Below are positions 40,748 to 53,374 of a stretch of 64,000 nt of DNA, piece by piece (within the stretch, counting starts at the first letter, position 1; each line of letters begins with the position of its first letter). Made by a program: the position numbers and the translations under genes. Source of the stretch: Mobula hypostoma. Lineage: Eukaryota. Location of the stretch: NCBI RefSeq assembly GCF_963921235.1, contig NC_086097.1, positions 245,336,001 through 245,400,000 of the forward strand. The letters run 5' to 3'. The notes below the pieces were generated by a model. The model did not search any database. It was not told the origin of the DNA and saw only the letters and a program-made list of their open reading frames with translations.

Positions 40748-41262
40748 ACGAGAAAATCTGCAGGTGCTGGAAATCCAAAGCAGTACACACAAAATGCTGG
40801 AGGAACTCGGCGGGCCACGCAGCATCTGTGGAAAAGAGTAAAGTGTCGGCGTTTCGGGCGAGACCCTTCATCAAGACTGGAAGTCACAGTAAGAAGTAGG
40901 GGTCGAGGAGGAAGAAATACAATATGGTAGTTGACAGGTGAAACCAGGATGGGGGAGGGGTGAAGTAAACAAAAAGCTGGGAAGCTGATAGATGAAAGAG
41001 ATAAAGGGTTGGAGAGGAGGAATCTGGTAGGAGAGGATAGAAGACCATGGAAGAAAGGGAAAGAGGAGGAGCACCAGAGGGAGGTAATGGGCAGGTAAGG
41101 AAACGAGGAGCGAGAGGGAAGCAGGAATGGGAATAGTGAAGGAGGGAGCAATTACCCTAAGTTCAGAAATCGATGTTCATGCCATCAGGTTGGAGGCTAC
41201 CCAAGGTGTTGTTCCTCCCATCTGAGTGTGGCCTCATCGCGGCAGTAGCGGATGTCATGGGC
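40748..41262 (-). mobile_element. Penelope-like element 3' fragment
   Basis: Reverse complement resembles 9890-10325; decayed hammerhead at about 40845-40879. Confidence 0.8.
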
Positions 41263-43089
41263 TGAGTTGAGTTGAGTGAAGTTATCCCTTCTGGTTCATC
41301 AGCCTGATGGTTGAGGGGTAATAACTGTTTCTAAACCTGGTGGTGCGAGTCCTGAGGCTCCCGTACCTTCTCCAGCATCCGCAGATTTTCTCTCGTTTGT
41401 ACCTTCTTCCTGATGGCAGCAGCACGAAGAGAGCATGACTTGGGTGGTGGGAGTCTTTGCTAATGGATGCTGCCCTCCTGCGTGTAGAATGTGTTCAATG
41501 GGGGAGGGGGGATTTTACCCGATATGTACTGTACATACTGTTCTCTTCTGTAGGATTTTCCATTCAAGGGCGTTGACGCAGGAACCCGTCACTATACTCT
41601 CCACACACATCTATAGAAGCTTATCAAAGTTTTAGACGTCACGTCAATTCTTCACAGACTCCTCAGGAAGAGGAGGGGCTGCCGCGCTCTCTTCGTAATT
41701 GCCCTTACACGTGGGGCCCAGAGCAGGCCCTCTGAAATGATCACACCGAGGAACTTAGTTACTAACCCTCTCCACCTCTGAGGACTGGCTCGTGGACCTC
41801 TGATTTCCTCCTCGTGAACTCCTTGGTCTTGCTGACATCAAGAAGTTGTTGTGGTACCACTCAGGCGGCTCTTCAATTTTCCTCCTATACAATATGCTGG
41901 TTCGTCGCCACCTTTGATTCGGCCAACGCCGGTGGTGTCGTCAGCAAATCTGACTATGGCTCTGGAGTCTCCTCATCTCTGTTCTAAAGGGATATCCTTC
42001 TCTTCCGAGCCTGCGCCTCCGATCCTAAACTCCCCCATCGTTGGAGAGATCCTTCCCGCATCCACCCTATCCAGGCCTTTCAAAATTCGACATATTTCAG
42101 TCGTCCCTCATTCTTCTAAACTCCAGCTAGTGCAGGCCCAGGGCCATCAAACGCTCCTCATACGTTAACCCTTTCAGCCCCGGAATATTTGTCGCGAACC
42201 TACGTTCGCTAACCGCGTAGCTGGCTATAATCATCTGATGGGGGGGGGGGAGACTTGGTGCTCGCTACATAAAAGATATATTTTTTTTATTTCGTGATGT
42301 CTAACTTCAAGGATTTATATAGTTGTCGAACGAATCTTCATTTCTTTTCGCAGCTCGTCAGCTTTCTTGGTCAGTTTTGCCTGTCCCGAACTTTCGATGA
42401 CTTTCAAATTTTTTTGTAAGTGCCTGGAATTGAATTGAATAGGATGTCGTATTCGCGAGGCATCGCCGTTTATCAGTCCAAGTTTGTCCCCGGATCGATG
42501 ATCCAATACCAACTGCCCATCCAGGTCAGGTATCTATCTATCTTCCCCACTCTTACTTGGCCGAATGATATCCCCTTGAGAAAACCCCGTGTTATACAGT
42601 ATAACGCCTTTCAGATCCGCGCGGCGCCCCGAAGCGTCGTAGAGCCGCCGCTGACGGGTGGTAATTTTGATGAGCGATCGCAAAGATTCTGTGGTTAGTT
42701 CCGCAAGAGCGTTCACAGGCAGACCGAGAGATAAACTTAAATAAAAAAAAGCTATGAAAATAGCAACAGACAGGACCGTATCATTGGAAACATCCGGTGT
42801 CATCACTTATCAAGTACCCCAAGACTAAAGATCGTTTAATGTCTTCTCCAATACATGTAAAGCAGAACGAAATAATTGTTACTCCGGACACACACAATAA
42901 TGTAAAGAACACAAAAATACAATAAATATAAATACATAAACATCTTATAGATTGTACGCTAGGCATAGGACTGTCTGTACGTAAGGAAACGATACATTTT
43001 GGGGTGGGGTGTGGTGACGCGGGTGGAGGTGATCAGCCTTACTACTTTTTCTTTAGATATCACCAATTAATTGCTGAAGCAACAGGTGG

Positions 43090-43325
43090 TAAGGATTTAT
43101 TCAAACCACCAGTTTCCCGGATTTAAAACCACCAGATTGAAATATAGCTCCATATGGTTCAGGAATGATCTTGCAGGAAAGAGATCGGCTGGCCTTACCT
43201 GTGTGACCGCAGATTTCCCAACGTGGGTGATTCTTAACAGCCTCCTTAATTCAGGGGTAATCAGGGGGACGGCGGGAATGTTGTCATTGCTCCGATGTCC
43301 ACACTCCCTGAACGAATGAATAAAG
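43090..43325 (+). mobile_element. Old SINE remnant, resembling shark SacSINE1-type elements
   Basis: ggccttacctgtgtgac...gattcttaacagcct...gatgtcccaca...gaatgaataaa recalls this family; recognition from memory only. Confidence 0.35.
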
Positions 43326-44439
43326 AAACATAGGCTACCTGACTGGGAAAGGGTTCCAGGGACGGAGAAAGCTAAAAAAGAGCCCCCACTTTCCCACACT
43401 ATAACTACTTTATCATTTCCTGTGCCTAGTGTCACTCTATGGGCATCCAATCAATCTATGTATATAAGCTGTCTTGTGTATTTATATTTATTGAGTTTTA
43501 ACATTATTGTGTTCTTTATACTATTGTGTTTTTGTGCTGTATCGGATCCGGGGTAAAACTTACTTTGTTCTTCTTTACACTTGACATTAAACCATCTTGA
43601 ATCTTAATCTCTTGGGGAAAAAATGTAACGTTTTAGTGATTTTGAATAGATGAATTACCAGTCGTCGGGCACAGATAAAATGTATTCTGAATGCAACCTC
43701 ACCGAACACTACGCACTTCGTACCTGAAGCGGTATCCCTTACGTTACTTCCTGCCGGCTTCAAATTTTAAGACTAAAAATTCCAAGATCTTTAAATCGAT
43801 GCACTAATCACTCCCAGAAAGGGTGATCATCACGCCACAGCATGTAAACGAATCAATGTACTATAGAAAATACGTTCTATAAATATAGCTGTTATCATGG
43901 GTGATACTTTTAAATACTTAAACATGCAGCGGCTCATTAGAACGCAAGATTGAGACTGAAGTTCCGTTTCTTGGTTAAACTAGACACATTCTATAAGTTA
44001 TTTGTTAGAAACTTCTTATGCCAATTTTAAAGTTCCCAATTTGAAAAATATCCGAAATACACTTAAAGCAGCGTGCCCTGCATAAATTCAATCAATCCTT
44101 GATTTCTTTTCGAAACGGTTTAAGGATAGATTAATTATTTCTTGGCGAAAGAATCCGACTCGAAACGTTTCTCTTTCCCCAGGAGCAGAGCGTTTCGTCT
44201 TTTTTAAAAAACTGTTCATGCCGCGATCCTGGTTTTAGGGAGAGAGTGCCAAGTTAATTCGTTAGTAGAGTTAATCCACTAATCCCTAGGTCAACTAGTT
44301 AACATACTGTACCTTGAAGTGGTAAAATATTCCGGAAGTCCGTAACAAGAAAATACCGTGTATTAAGAACGATTGAGCATTGCATCCCTGATCAAGAGCA
44401 AAACCTCACACTTGAGATTACAAAGGTTAATTTTAACGC

Positions 44440-44812
44440 TATCGAATATTGAAAGGCCTAGATCGAGTAAGTGGGGAGGGGAAGTTTCCTACAGTGGGAG
44501 AGCCTAGGACCGGAGGGCACAGCCTCAGAATAGGAAGGCATCCCATTAGAAGAGAGATGAGGAGGAATTTCTTTATCCAGAGGGCGGTGAATCTGTGGAA
44601 TTGATCGCCACGGTCGGCCATGGAGGCCAAGTCATCGAGTATATTTACTCAATTGGCTGGCAGCTTCTTGATTAATAAGGGCGTCAAAAGTTACGTGAAG
44701 GCGTAGGGAGAATGGGGTTGAGAGGGGTAATATATCAATCATGATAGGATGGCGGAGCAGCCGTGATGGGCCGAATGGCGTAATTCCACTCCTGCGTTTT
44801 ACGGTCTTTTGG
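44440..44812 (+). mobile_element. CR1 3' fragment, CpG-enriched
   Basis: Same family as 6360-6720 and 25420-25755. Confidence 0.8.
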
Positions 44813-46280
44813 TTAACTCCCGTTTCTCTTTCCACGGAGGTCCCTGATCTGCCGAATCTTCCTGCATTTTCACTTTCTTCCACGGAGTGTGATTTGATTG
44901 CGAGTAAATGGGGCCACAAGCAGCCTTTATTTCGATGTTACAGCCGCAACAAGGCTGACTCCATCCCGTCACTAAAACCATGCATTTCTCTGAGGTCAGA
45001 TCAATAAGATGAGGCGAAGATAGACGTTAAACCACGAAAGAGATGGAACTGCACACATCCTGTAATATTAAACAACCACTGGTAAAATGCAATCTTCAAA
45101 TGTTCGTGAGTGTATCTAACTAGATGTTTAAAAGAGTATGTAGCCAACAAGAATCACTATTCTGGGCTGCTTGTATCGCGACCCCCGCATTGCTCAGTTG
45201 TTTCGGATGTTAGCTCGCCTTCCCGGAGCTTTCCGGTTCCCTCGTACTTCGAGCTTTAAAGGCTCGTCGAGATTTCTGCTTCCCTCCCGAATCCCTTCAT
45301 TACATTTTGTCCAACGCATGTCACCGGGTGGGCCGCTGAGATGCCGTTAAACGCGTACAGACCCCCACTACCAGATACAGACAGCGTGGATTGGAAACTG
45401 CAAACACAGCGGACGTTAAAGGGAGGAACACTGGCTGAAATATTGTAAAGAAATTTGGAAAATTTGCTCTCAGGCCGTGACAGCCACTGCACGTCCGTGT
45501 GCCGAACTGAAATACCGAAAATATTTGGAAAGCGGCGCCCAGAGTTTTACCTGTTAGTTCCAATACCTACCTCTGTCCGTAACATAAAAGACAACTGTAT
45601 ATGGAACGCCATTCTACTGAAATATTTCAATCCACACTTTAAATACGTTAACTACTGTGTACCCTGACCTGAGCCCGTCCCGCATGCCTGCGTTTGACCC
45701 GTCTCTCTCTCTCTTCTTGCTAATACCTTCGGCGGGAGATGTAGGAGTCTTGGGACCCACACCACTAGATCAGGAACAGTTGCTGCCCTATAACTGTCCT
45801 GGAGCAGCGTGGATGACTTCACTCGCCTCAGCGCTGAGTGTAGACTCGCAGACTGTAGGCTCGCGTTCAGGGACTTTGTTACGTGTGGTTTTTCGTGGAT
45901 TCTATTGTATTTCTTTATTTTCCTGTGGGTGCCTGTAAGAAAACGAATCTCAAGGTTGCGTATGATATACATACTTAGATAATAAATTCACTTTGAACGT
46001 TAAAACATCTTCCGAAAGTCGGGTGTGCGCGAGACTGACAAGGAGCAGAGAACTCCTTTTATTTTCCAATTTCACTTTCGATGAACCTTTTCTTTTAACT
46101 TTTCCACGTACCCGACCCAACTTCAATTATCCCGTTAACTTCCTGTCCCAATGCTCCAACTTTCCCCACTCGGCTTTTGCTTGCTTCTGTAACTTTAGCA
46201 CAAGATCGGCCTTTTGAAATCTTCGGCTCTCTGAAATTCTAAGCCCATCTATTCGCCTCTTCCACGCCTCCTCCGCTCTA

Positions 46281-46529
46281 TCTTCTCCTCTCTCATTCCC
46301 CCTCCCCTTCCCCTCTCCCTTCCCTCCCCTCCTTCCTTCCCCTTTCCTCCTTCCCCCTTTCCCTCCCTTTCTCCTCTCTCTCCATCGCCCTCCCTCCCCT
46401 CCTTCTCCTCTCCCCTCCCTCCCTCCCTCCTTCTCCCCTCCCTCCCCCCTTCTCCCCTCCCTCCCCTTTCTCCCCTCCCTCCCCTTCTCCTCCCTCTCTC
46501 TCCCCTCTCCTCCCCTCCCCTCCCTCCCC
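46281..46529. repeat. Polypyrimidine/polypurine low-complexity tract
   Basis: About 250 bp almost entirely C and T on the + strand. Confidence 0.95.
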
Positions 46530-46559
46530 GCGTTTCCTTCTTCCAACTTTCTACATTCA

Positions 46560-47480
46560 AAGTGAACTCGCCTGAGCGTTGCCGCCGCCGCAGCCTGTCG
46601 GTGGGCCGGGCCGGCCCGGGACGGGACGGGACGTCGGGGGTGTGCGAGAGTGAGTGTGTCCGGGGAGGCGGGAATGTCAGACTGACAGCTCGGCGCCCTA
46701 GCCCCCTCATTGGCCCGACTGCAGTTGGCGGCGCGGTAGAGTCGGGCCGCCTGGCTCCCGTGAAAACCCCACTTTGTTTGCGGGGTGTTTTTTTTCTCCT
46801 TTTTTAAAGATCAATAATTATTTTATCGGGGTGAGGACGTTGGTGTTGGAGGCCACCGACTCTTCGGTTCTTGCGCTGGAGGAGCGCGAAGCGGCAACTG
46901 GGGACTGCAGCCCGCTGCAGGTAAGAGTTTGTTCGGGGGCGCACGTCCGCCTGGATCTCCCGCCCCGGGCTGAATACCTTCCCCCACCCCACCAAAAACT
47001 CCTGCAAGTTGTACATGTTTGGCAGGCCGGGCTGGAGCCCCCCCCAGACTTTGGCGGGCTCGAGTTCCGCCATCCCGCCGACCCTCTCGCGTGAAGTCTC
47101 CCTCACTTAGGGAATTTTCAGTCAGACTTCGCCAAACTTTCGCTCCGAGTTTTCTCCAGTTGTCCGAGTCACCCAACACAAGCCTTTCCAGCGCCGGGTT
47201 TGTTTTTCTCTGAAGAGACGGCGGAGGCTGCTCTGGGACCCGTCAGTGTGCGAGTGTGTTGGATGGGGTGTCGAGGAGAGCCGGTCTTCTTCCTCGGGAG
47301 GACTGGCATCTCCCGCAACTTTCCGGACTGGACAGAGCCCTTATTTTTTTTCCCACTTCCAACACAAACACACTTCACAAAACTGAAAACCGCACCGCGC
47401 TGTCGGGCCGAGGCGAGCGTTCCTGCAACCGGCTTTTTTTTTGCGCTATTTTGCTGGCTCGCAGACATTTTTCTGTTCTT
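46560..47480 (+). promoter_or_regulatory. CpG-island promoter of an unidentified gene
   Basis: High GC and CpG; GC-box/E2F-like ggggaggcgggaa (46662-46674), palindrome tgtcagactgaca (46675-46687) and reverse CCAAT (46709-46713). Confidence 0.75.
46720..46920 (+). other. Probable non-coding first exon
   Basis: Strong donor CAG|GTAAGA at 46920/46921 downstream of the promoter motifs; no ATG in this interval; start is approximate. Confidence 0.55.
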
Positions 47481-47630
47481 GAGACTGCGTTTGACCCAAT
47501 GAAGAGGAATTAAATTGAGGCGGTGGGGGACTGGCCCAGTGAAGCGGGCGAGAGGAGAGCAGAGAGTTTCCATTGGAAAAGCCCGTGGAGGAATGGAAAG
47601 CGGAGTTTTGCTGAATTCCCCGAGCTCTGT

Positions 47631-47632
<2 letters not shown>

Positions 47633-47672
<40 letters not shown>
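47633..47672. repeat. (GT)20 microsatellite
   Basis: Direct reading. Confidence 0.98.
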
Positions 47673-47676
<4 letters not shown>

Positions 47677-49470
47677 CAGCCTGTTTGTGTATGTGTAAAA
47701 CATTTTAAAACAAGTTGTTTCCAGCTGTTCAACAGATCCCGTCTGCCAGCAAAAAAAAATCTGTGCTGGGACCCATTGGCTATTCTGCGCGGATGTGAAC
47801 CGCCTTTTTTGAGTGCGGTATTCACTCGGGGGACAAACCATTCCAGCGCGACTTCTTTTCCATTGATTTATACAAAAAAAACACAAGAAAAGAAGAACTG
47901 TGTAGAGGCGTAAATAATTGAAGTAAATTTGTGAAGAAGTGTTTTAAAATCTCATCTCTTCGGTAGTTTGGTGTACAGTGCGTACAACGTGACTGGCAGT
48001 TAACCTCATTAGTAAAAGAGTTACCAGGAGGATTTAAAGCGTCTTGAAAAATGTGCAGAAAGAAAGCAGTTTAGTTGGCTCCCGATTCCCATCCATACAG
48101 CGGGGATTGACGGTTCGAATCCTGTTCTTTCGGATCCGACTGGGTTTGGTTTAGAACACATATAACATATTGTTCGGCCCGCTATGTTATGCAGAACCAG
48201 TTAAACTAGTAATCAAGTTACCAACTAAATGAATCCCTTCTGCCTACACGATACCCTCATCCTTCCCTTTCCCTCGCATGCATCTCTGTCGTGTGCGGGA
48301 TTTCATTGATTCTATTGTGTTTCTTTCCAGTTACACGCAAATGCCCGCAAAAACGAACCTGGGGGTTGTTTATGGTGACATATATGTACTTCGGTAATAA
48401 ATTTACTCTGAACCTTGAACGTGCGTGTGTCTATTCTAAACCTTTTAGCTTGAGCAAAGTTAGTTGGCTGAATGCGCCGTCCCCGCGGTACTTTGCCACA
48501 GCTACACGCGTGGTTAACGAAACACGCCGTCTTTATGTAAATTAAAACTGAAATTTTAATAATTCAAACATTTTGAAATTAACCATTTATTAATGTCTGT
48601 TGAACGAATTGCAGTATTTCCCAAGGAAAAGAATATTTATCTAACTCCCACCCCCCCATACATATTTTTTTTACCATGATGTTCCCAACTTAATTGTTAC
48701 AGGAGATAGTGGGGACTAGCAGTTACCAAGTCGCAGCTGTTTGGTGCCTGTAAACTAGAATGACAATTCTGTACCCTGTTAGGGTAGCGATGTGTATTTA
48801 CAATATCTTTGCGATCGCCCCTTTGTTTTGAAACGTTAATACCTTCGAACCATAGAAGGTCCCAAAGTCATCATCTTGTTTTACTTAGTTTTCGCCTAAA
48901 AGATTCTTTAGGTGCATATTTTCAGAAAATTTGTTTCAGACTGAGCTATAGTTGTAATATTGTAAAATTATAATTAATTTTAAGGCCTGGTACTTTGGTT
49001 CTGATGTTTCTTGGATTGAAATAACGTTTTTATACATTTGAACATTCAAGCACGAAATATTTCCAAACACCAGAAATCTGTTTGCTTGCTTTTTTTTAAA
49101 AAAAAAGATGGAACGTTTTAAAGAAAATAATGTGAATGGTTCTTATTATACTCTCAATAGCTACATTTATAGATACAACTATGGCAATGCTAAGATTCTG
49201 TTGCAGCATATTTCAGAAAATTATTTTAGTTATAGTTTAATAAAATTAGTTATAAAATTATAATTAGTTTTAAGAAATTAAGTCTAGACTTGGTATTTTG
49301 GATCTATTGCCCCTAACGCAGTTACTGATGAACTGAAATAACCTTTTTAACCATTTGTACACTGAAGCACAAAATATTTCCAACCAGCAGAAATGAGTTT
49401 GCTTACCTTTTTTTTAAGATGGAAGTAATTAAAGGAAGTAATTTGGTCTGACTCTAGTTACGAGCTTATG

Positions 49471-50298
49471 CACTCAGTGGCCAGTTTATTAGGTGCACTT
49501 GTATACCTGGTTGTTAATGCAAATATCTAATCAGCCAATCATGTGACAGCAACTCAATGCATAAGAGCATGGTCAAGAGATTAGGTTGTTCGGACCAAGC
49601 ATCAGATTGGCGCAGAAATGTGATCTAAATGACTTTGACCGTGGAATGATTGTTGGTGCCTGACAGGGTGGTTTGAGTATCTCAGAATCTGCTGATCTCC
49701 TGGGATTTCCAAGCACAATGGCCTCTAGAGTTTACAGAGAATGATGCAAAAAAAAAGAAAAAATCCAATGAGCAGAAGTTCTGTAGGCGAAAATGTCATA
49801 GGGTCATAGTGAAGTACAACACTGAAACAGAACCTCAGCCCATCTGTAACCCGTTACAGGGTACGTAACAGTACTGAACTATTTAAACTGCCTACTTCCA
49901 TCGACCTACACTGGGACCATAGACCTCCATATTCCTACTGTCCATGTACCTAGCCAAACTTTTCTTAAATGTTGAAATCGGGATCGCATGCATCACTTGT
50001 GCTGGCAGCTTGTTGCATACTCTCATGACCCCTTGATTTACGAATTTCCCCTTCGTGGTCACCTTAAACTAATGGGAGAGGTCAGAGGAGAATGGCCGGA
50101 CTGGTTCAAGCTGACAGGAGGGTGACAGTAACTCCAATAGCCATGTGCTGCAACAGTGGTGAGCAGAGGAGCAGCTCTGAACGCACAACACGTCGAACTT
50201 TGAAGTGGGTGGGCTACAGCAGCAGAAGACCACAAACAGATAACTTAATGGCCACTTTATTAGGTACAGGATGTACCTAATAAAGTGGCCATTGAGTG
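49471..50298 (+). mobile_element. Internally deleted Tc1-like transposon with a nested CR1 3' fragment (about 49795-50070)
   Basis: TIRs cactcagtggccagtttattagg and cctaataaagtggccattgagtg+ta. Transposase N-terminal HTH: KCDLNDFDRGMIVGA...SISESADLLGF and SERTTRRTLKWVGYSSRRP. No DDE domain. Confidence 0.85.
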
Positions 50299-51029
50299 TA
50301 GCTTATGTGGCCCTTTTAGGAATTCTGATATGGTTATGATTTAATTATAACCTATTCAGGCTGGACGAGAATAAGTAAGAATCTTTTATGATGTTCTTCC
50401 ACTTTCACTGCTTTTGTTTTGGCTTCTTTGAAATATATCCAGGGAAGGACCAAAACCAGAATTTTACACTTTGATGGTGCTGTCTTTGATATCTTGACAG
50501 CAAAAGGCTCGCAATTGCTTTATATAGTATTGGCAGTAACACGAAGCAGCAGAGGTGTGCCCGGGTGCATTTGTGTTTAACTGCAAAAGAAAATGTGATG
50601 ATGGGTTCTGATCAGTTTTCTAATCCCAGATCCCACTCTTCCTTGAGGACACACCTCAGATCTAGGTGAAAAATCATTGTACGCTGTCTCTGCATTTTCC
50701 TAACTCCAGTGCCAGTCTTATAAGCTCACAGTGCTTCCTGCTCTATGTTGTTTTTTAAGTTTTCACATTTGCTAAAGACATCCCATTATTCCCTGCTCTT
50801 TTTAAACTTCTGAAGAAAGGTGTTGGTCTGCAACGTTGACTGTTCATTCATTTCCATCGATGCTGCCTGACCTGCTGCATTCCTCCAGCAGTTTGTGTGC
50901 ATTGCTCTGGATTTCCAGCATCTGCAAATTGTTCATGGTTATCTTTTTAAATCTTCTAGTTTCTACCCACTTGAGAAAGATCTGTGACTTTCTATTCCTT
51001 AAAACAATATATGAATAATCTCATAATCT

Positions 51030-51280
51030 CAAGAGATTTTGCAGATACTGGAAATCCAGAGTAACACACGCGCACAAAATGCTGGCAGAACTCAGCAGGT
51101 CAGGCAGCATCTATGGAAATGAATAAAGTTAACGTTTCAGCCTGAGACCCTTCCTCAAGATTCATCATGTCTTGGCACAAAACATTAGCTCTTTATTCCA
51201 CTCCATAGATGCTACCTGACCTGCTGAGTTCCTCCCGCATTTTGTGTGTTTCCAGCACCTGCAGAATCTCTAGTGTTTAG
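51030..51280. mobile_element. PLE-derived fold-back mini-element (further PLE pieces to about 51540)
   Basis: Inverted arms gaactcagcaggtcaggcagcatctatgga and tccatagatgctacctgacctgctgagttc; decayed hammerhead at 51441-51478. Confidence 0.75.
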
Positions 51281-52801
51281 GCACACACAAAATGTTTAGG
51301 GCCGAGACACTTCATCAGGACTCAAACATTAGTTCTGGACATGTTTTTGTCAGGTAATGACGAGAGGCATTAAAATATTGGTTGTCAAATTGTCAGCTTG
51401 TACTCCCTCACCTTATTTTGGCTCCTTCCCCCTTCCTTTACAGTCCTGATGAAGGCTCATGGCCCAAAATGTCGACTGTTTATTCCTCTCCATAGATGCT
51501 GCCTGACTGCTGAATTACGCCAGTGTTGTTTGTGTGGCTGTGGCATATAAATAGTAGATGTGTTAATGGTGTCTGAGGAAGTATATCCAGTGAGAATCAT
51601 TGCTTGATCTTCAAGTATGTAATGTCCCACTGCATTGCATTTCTTCAGGGACTATTACGTCAGGGAGTTTTAAGATGTTTAGCTGGGCACATGAATGTGA
51701 GGGAAATGGAAGACTATGGACATTGCATTTAAGGTGAGAAGGGGTAAGTTCAAAGGAGATGTGAGTGGCAGGTTTTTTTTACACAGAGGCAGATACATTA
51801 GGGACTTGTAAGAGACATTTAGATAGGCACATGAAAGTGAGGAAAATGGAAGGATATGGAAATTGTGTAGGCAGAAGAGATTAGTTTATTTGGCCATTTG
51901 ATTTCTGATTTAACTGATTCGACACAACATTGTGGGCCGAAGGGCCTGTTTCTGAACTGTACTGTTCTATGTTCAACCTTCCATCTAGTAGACTTGATTT
52001 CAAACTTGACTACTTTGCACATTTCTAGAAATAATTTTAGCATGTGTGTTTTTGGATGCTGCATGGGTCTGTTGAGGAATGGGTGACAACCATGTATTAT
52101 AATTGTGGAACTCTCGTAGTCGGCAAAGTTAGCTAGTGCTGAATTAAAGGAGGCAGCTTTAGCGCTGGTGGGGGAGGAATGGTCTATTATACCCTATTCA
52201 TTAACTTCAAATTTCTATATCCATCTATCTATCTTATGAAATATGTTCTTTAGTGCTCCGATACAGAAATTGTGACATGTTAAGCCATTTTATAATGCAA
52301 ATTATTCAAAGAGGCATGCTGAGTATCATTGCCGTTCGGCAGTCAGTAAAAATTAATAAGTGTGTCAGGTTCCTTGCTATAGTAGGCAGTTAGCAAGTAT
52401 AATACACACATTAATAAGGTTTTACACTGGAGTTAATGTTTCAGTCATACAATAATGTGATCTATTAAACGTATATTCCTAATGCCGCAGAAAGACAGAC
52501 TATCACTTATCTTTGAAAAGACCAATTAGTTTGCAATTGAGAACATGCTGCTGAATTTACTAGAAAAACATTATTAATCTGGAGGACATTTGTGTAAAAT
52601 TTTCAGTGAAATAACTTGTTTCCTGAATTCCATTTCATTAAGAGTATGCAAGTGCCTTCTTTTCGATTTGACTAATGTTAAAATTTAACTTTTATTCCCA
52701 AGAATTTCCATCTCTCTTTGTGATTGGCCTGAGATCATTCAGACACATCTGACTCCTTAAAATGCTGGATTTTGTAAGCCTAGTACCCAGCAAAGTGCTA
52801 C

Positions 52802-52995
52802 AAACACAAGAGTTTCTGCATCTGCTGGAGATCCAGAGTAACACACACACACACAAAATGCTGGAGGAACTCAGCAGGTCAGGCAGCATCTATGGAAATT
52901 CATTAACAGTCTTGGCCCAAAACATTGACGGTTTATTGCTTTCTATAGATGCTGCCTGACCTGCTGAGTTCCTACAACATTTTGCGTGTGTTACT
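52802..52995. mobile_element. PLE-derived fold-back mini-element
   Basis: Inverted arms at about 52838-52897 and 52941-52995. Confidence 0.75.
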
Positions 52996-53374
52996 AAAGT
53001 GTGACACTGCAGTGTTTATTTTGAAAGTGCTTAAATGTAATTACCGTACTCTGTTAAGTATTCCAACATGATTCATTGATTGGTCAAAAACCTACACAGT
53101 GGACTAAATGTATCCTTGGCTAAAGTGTCATTACACACAGTATCATTATACAGGCTAAAGTATCACTAAACATAATTGACTAAAAGTATCATTATTATTC
53201 CTTGATTATTATTATGTATCTGTGTTTAAATATTATTGCCAAGCTATTCTGTAGACTGTAAAGTAAAAAGGCAGATTGTTTTAAATCCTCTGTTTTATGA
53301 ATATAGATGCTTGGTGGTTGTTAATGGGTTTAAATGTCAAATTCAAAGTGAAATTTATTATCAAAGGACATGTA

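Noticed and set aside
46127..46710. Long G/R/E-rich ORFs on the minus strand
   Set aside because: Artefacts of the polypurine low-complexity tract.
46774..47913. Many overlapping 60-218 aa ORFs
   Set aside because: Expected in GC-rich and microsatellite DNA; no recognisable domain.
49463..50307. agcttatg on both sides of the Tc1 copy as an 8 bp TSD
   Set aside because: Tc1 elements duplicate TA and the second copy shows no such repeat; likely chance or a local repair event.
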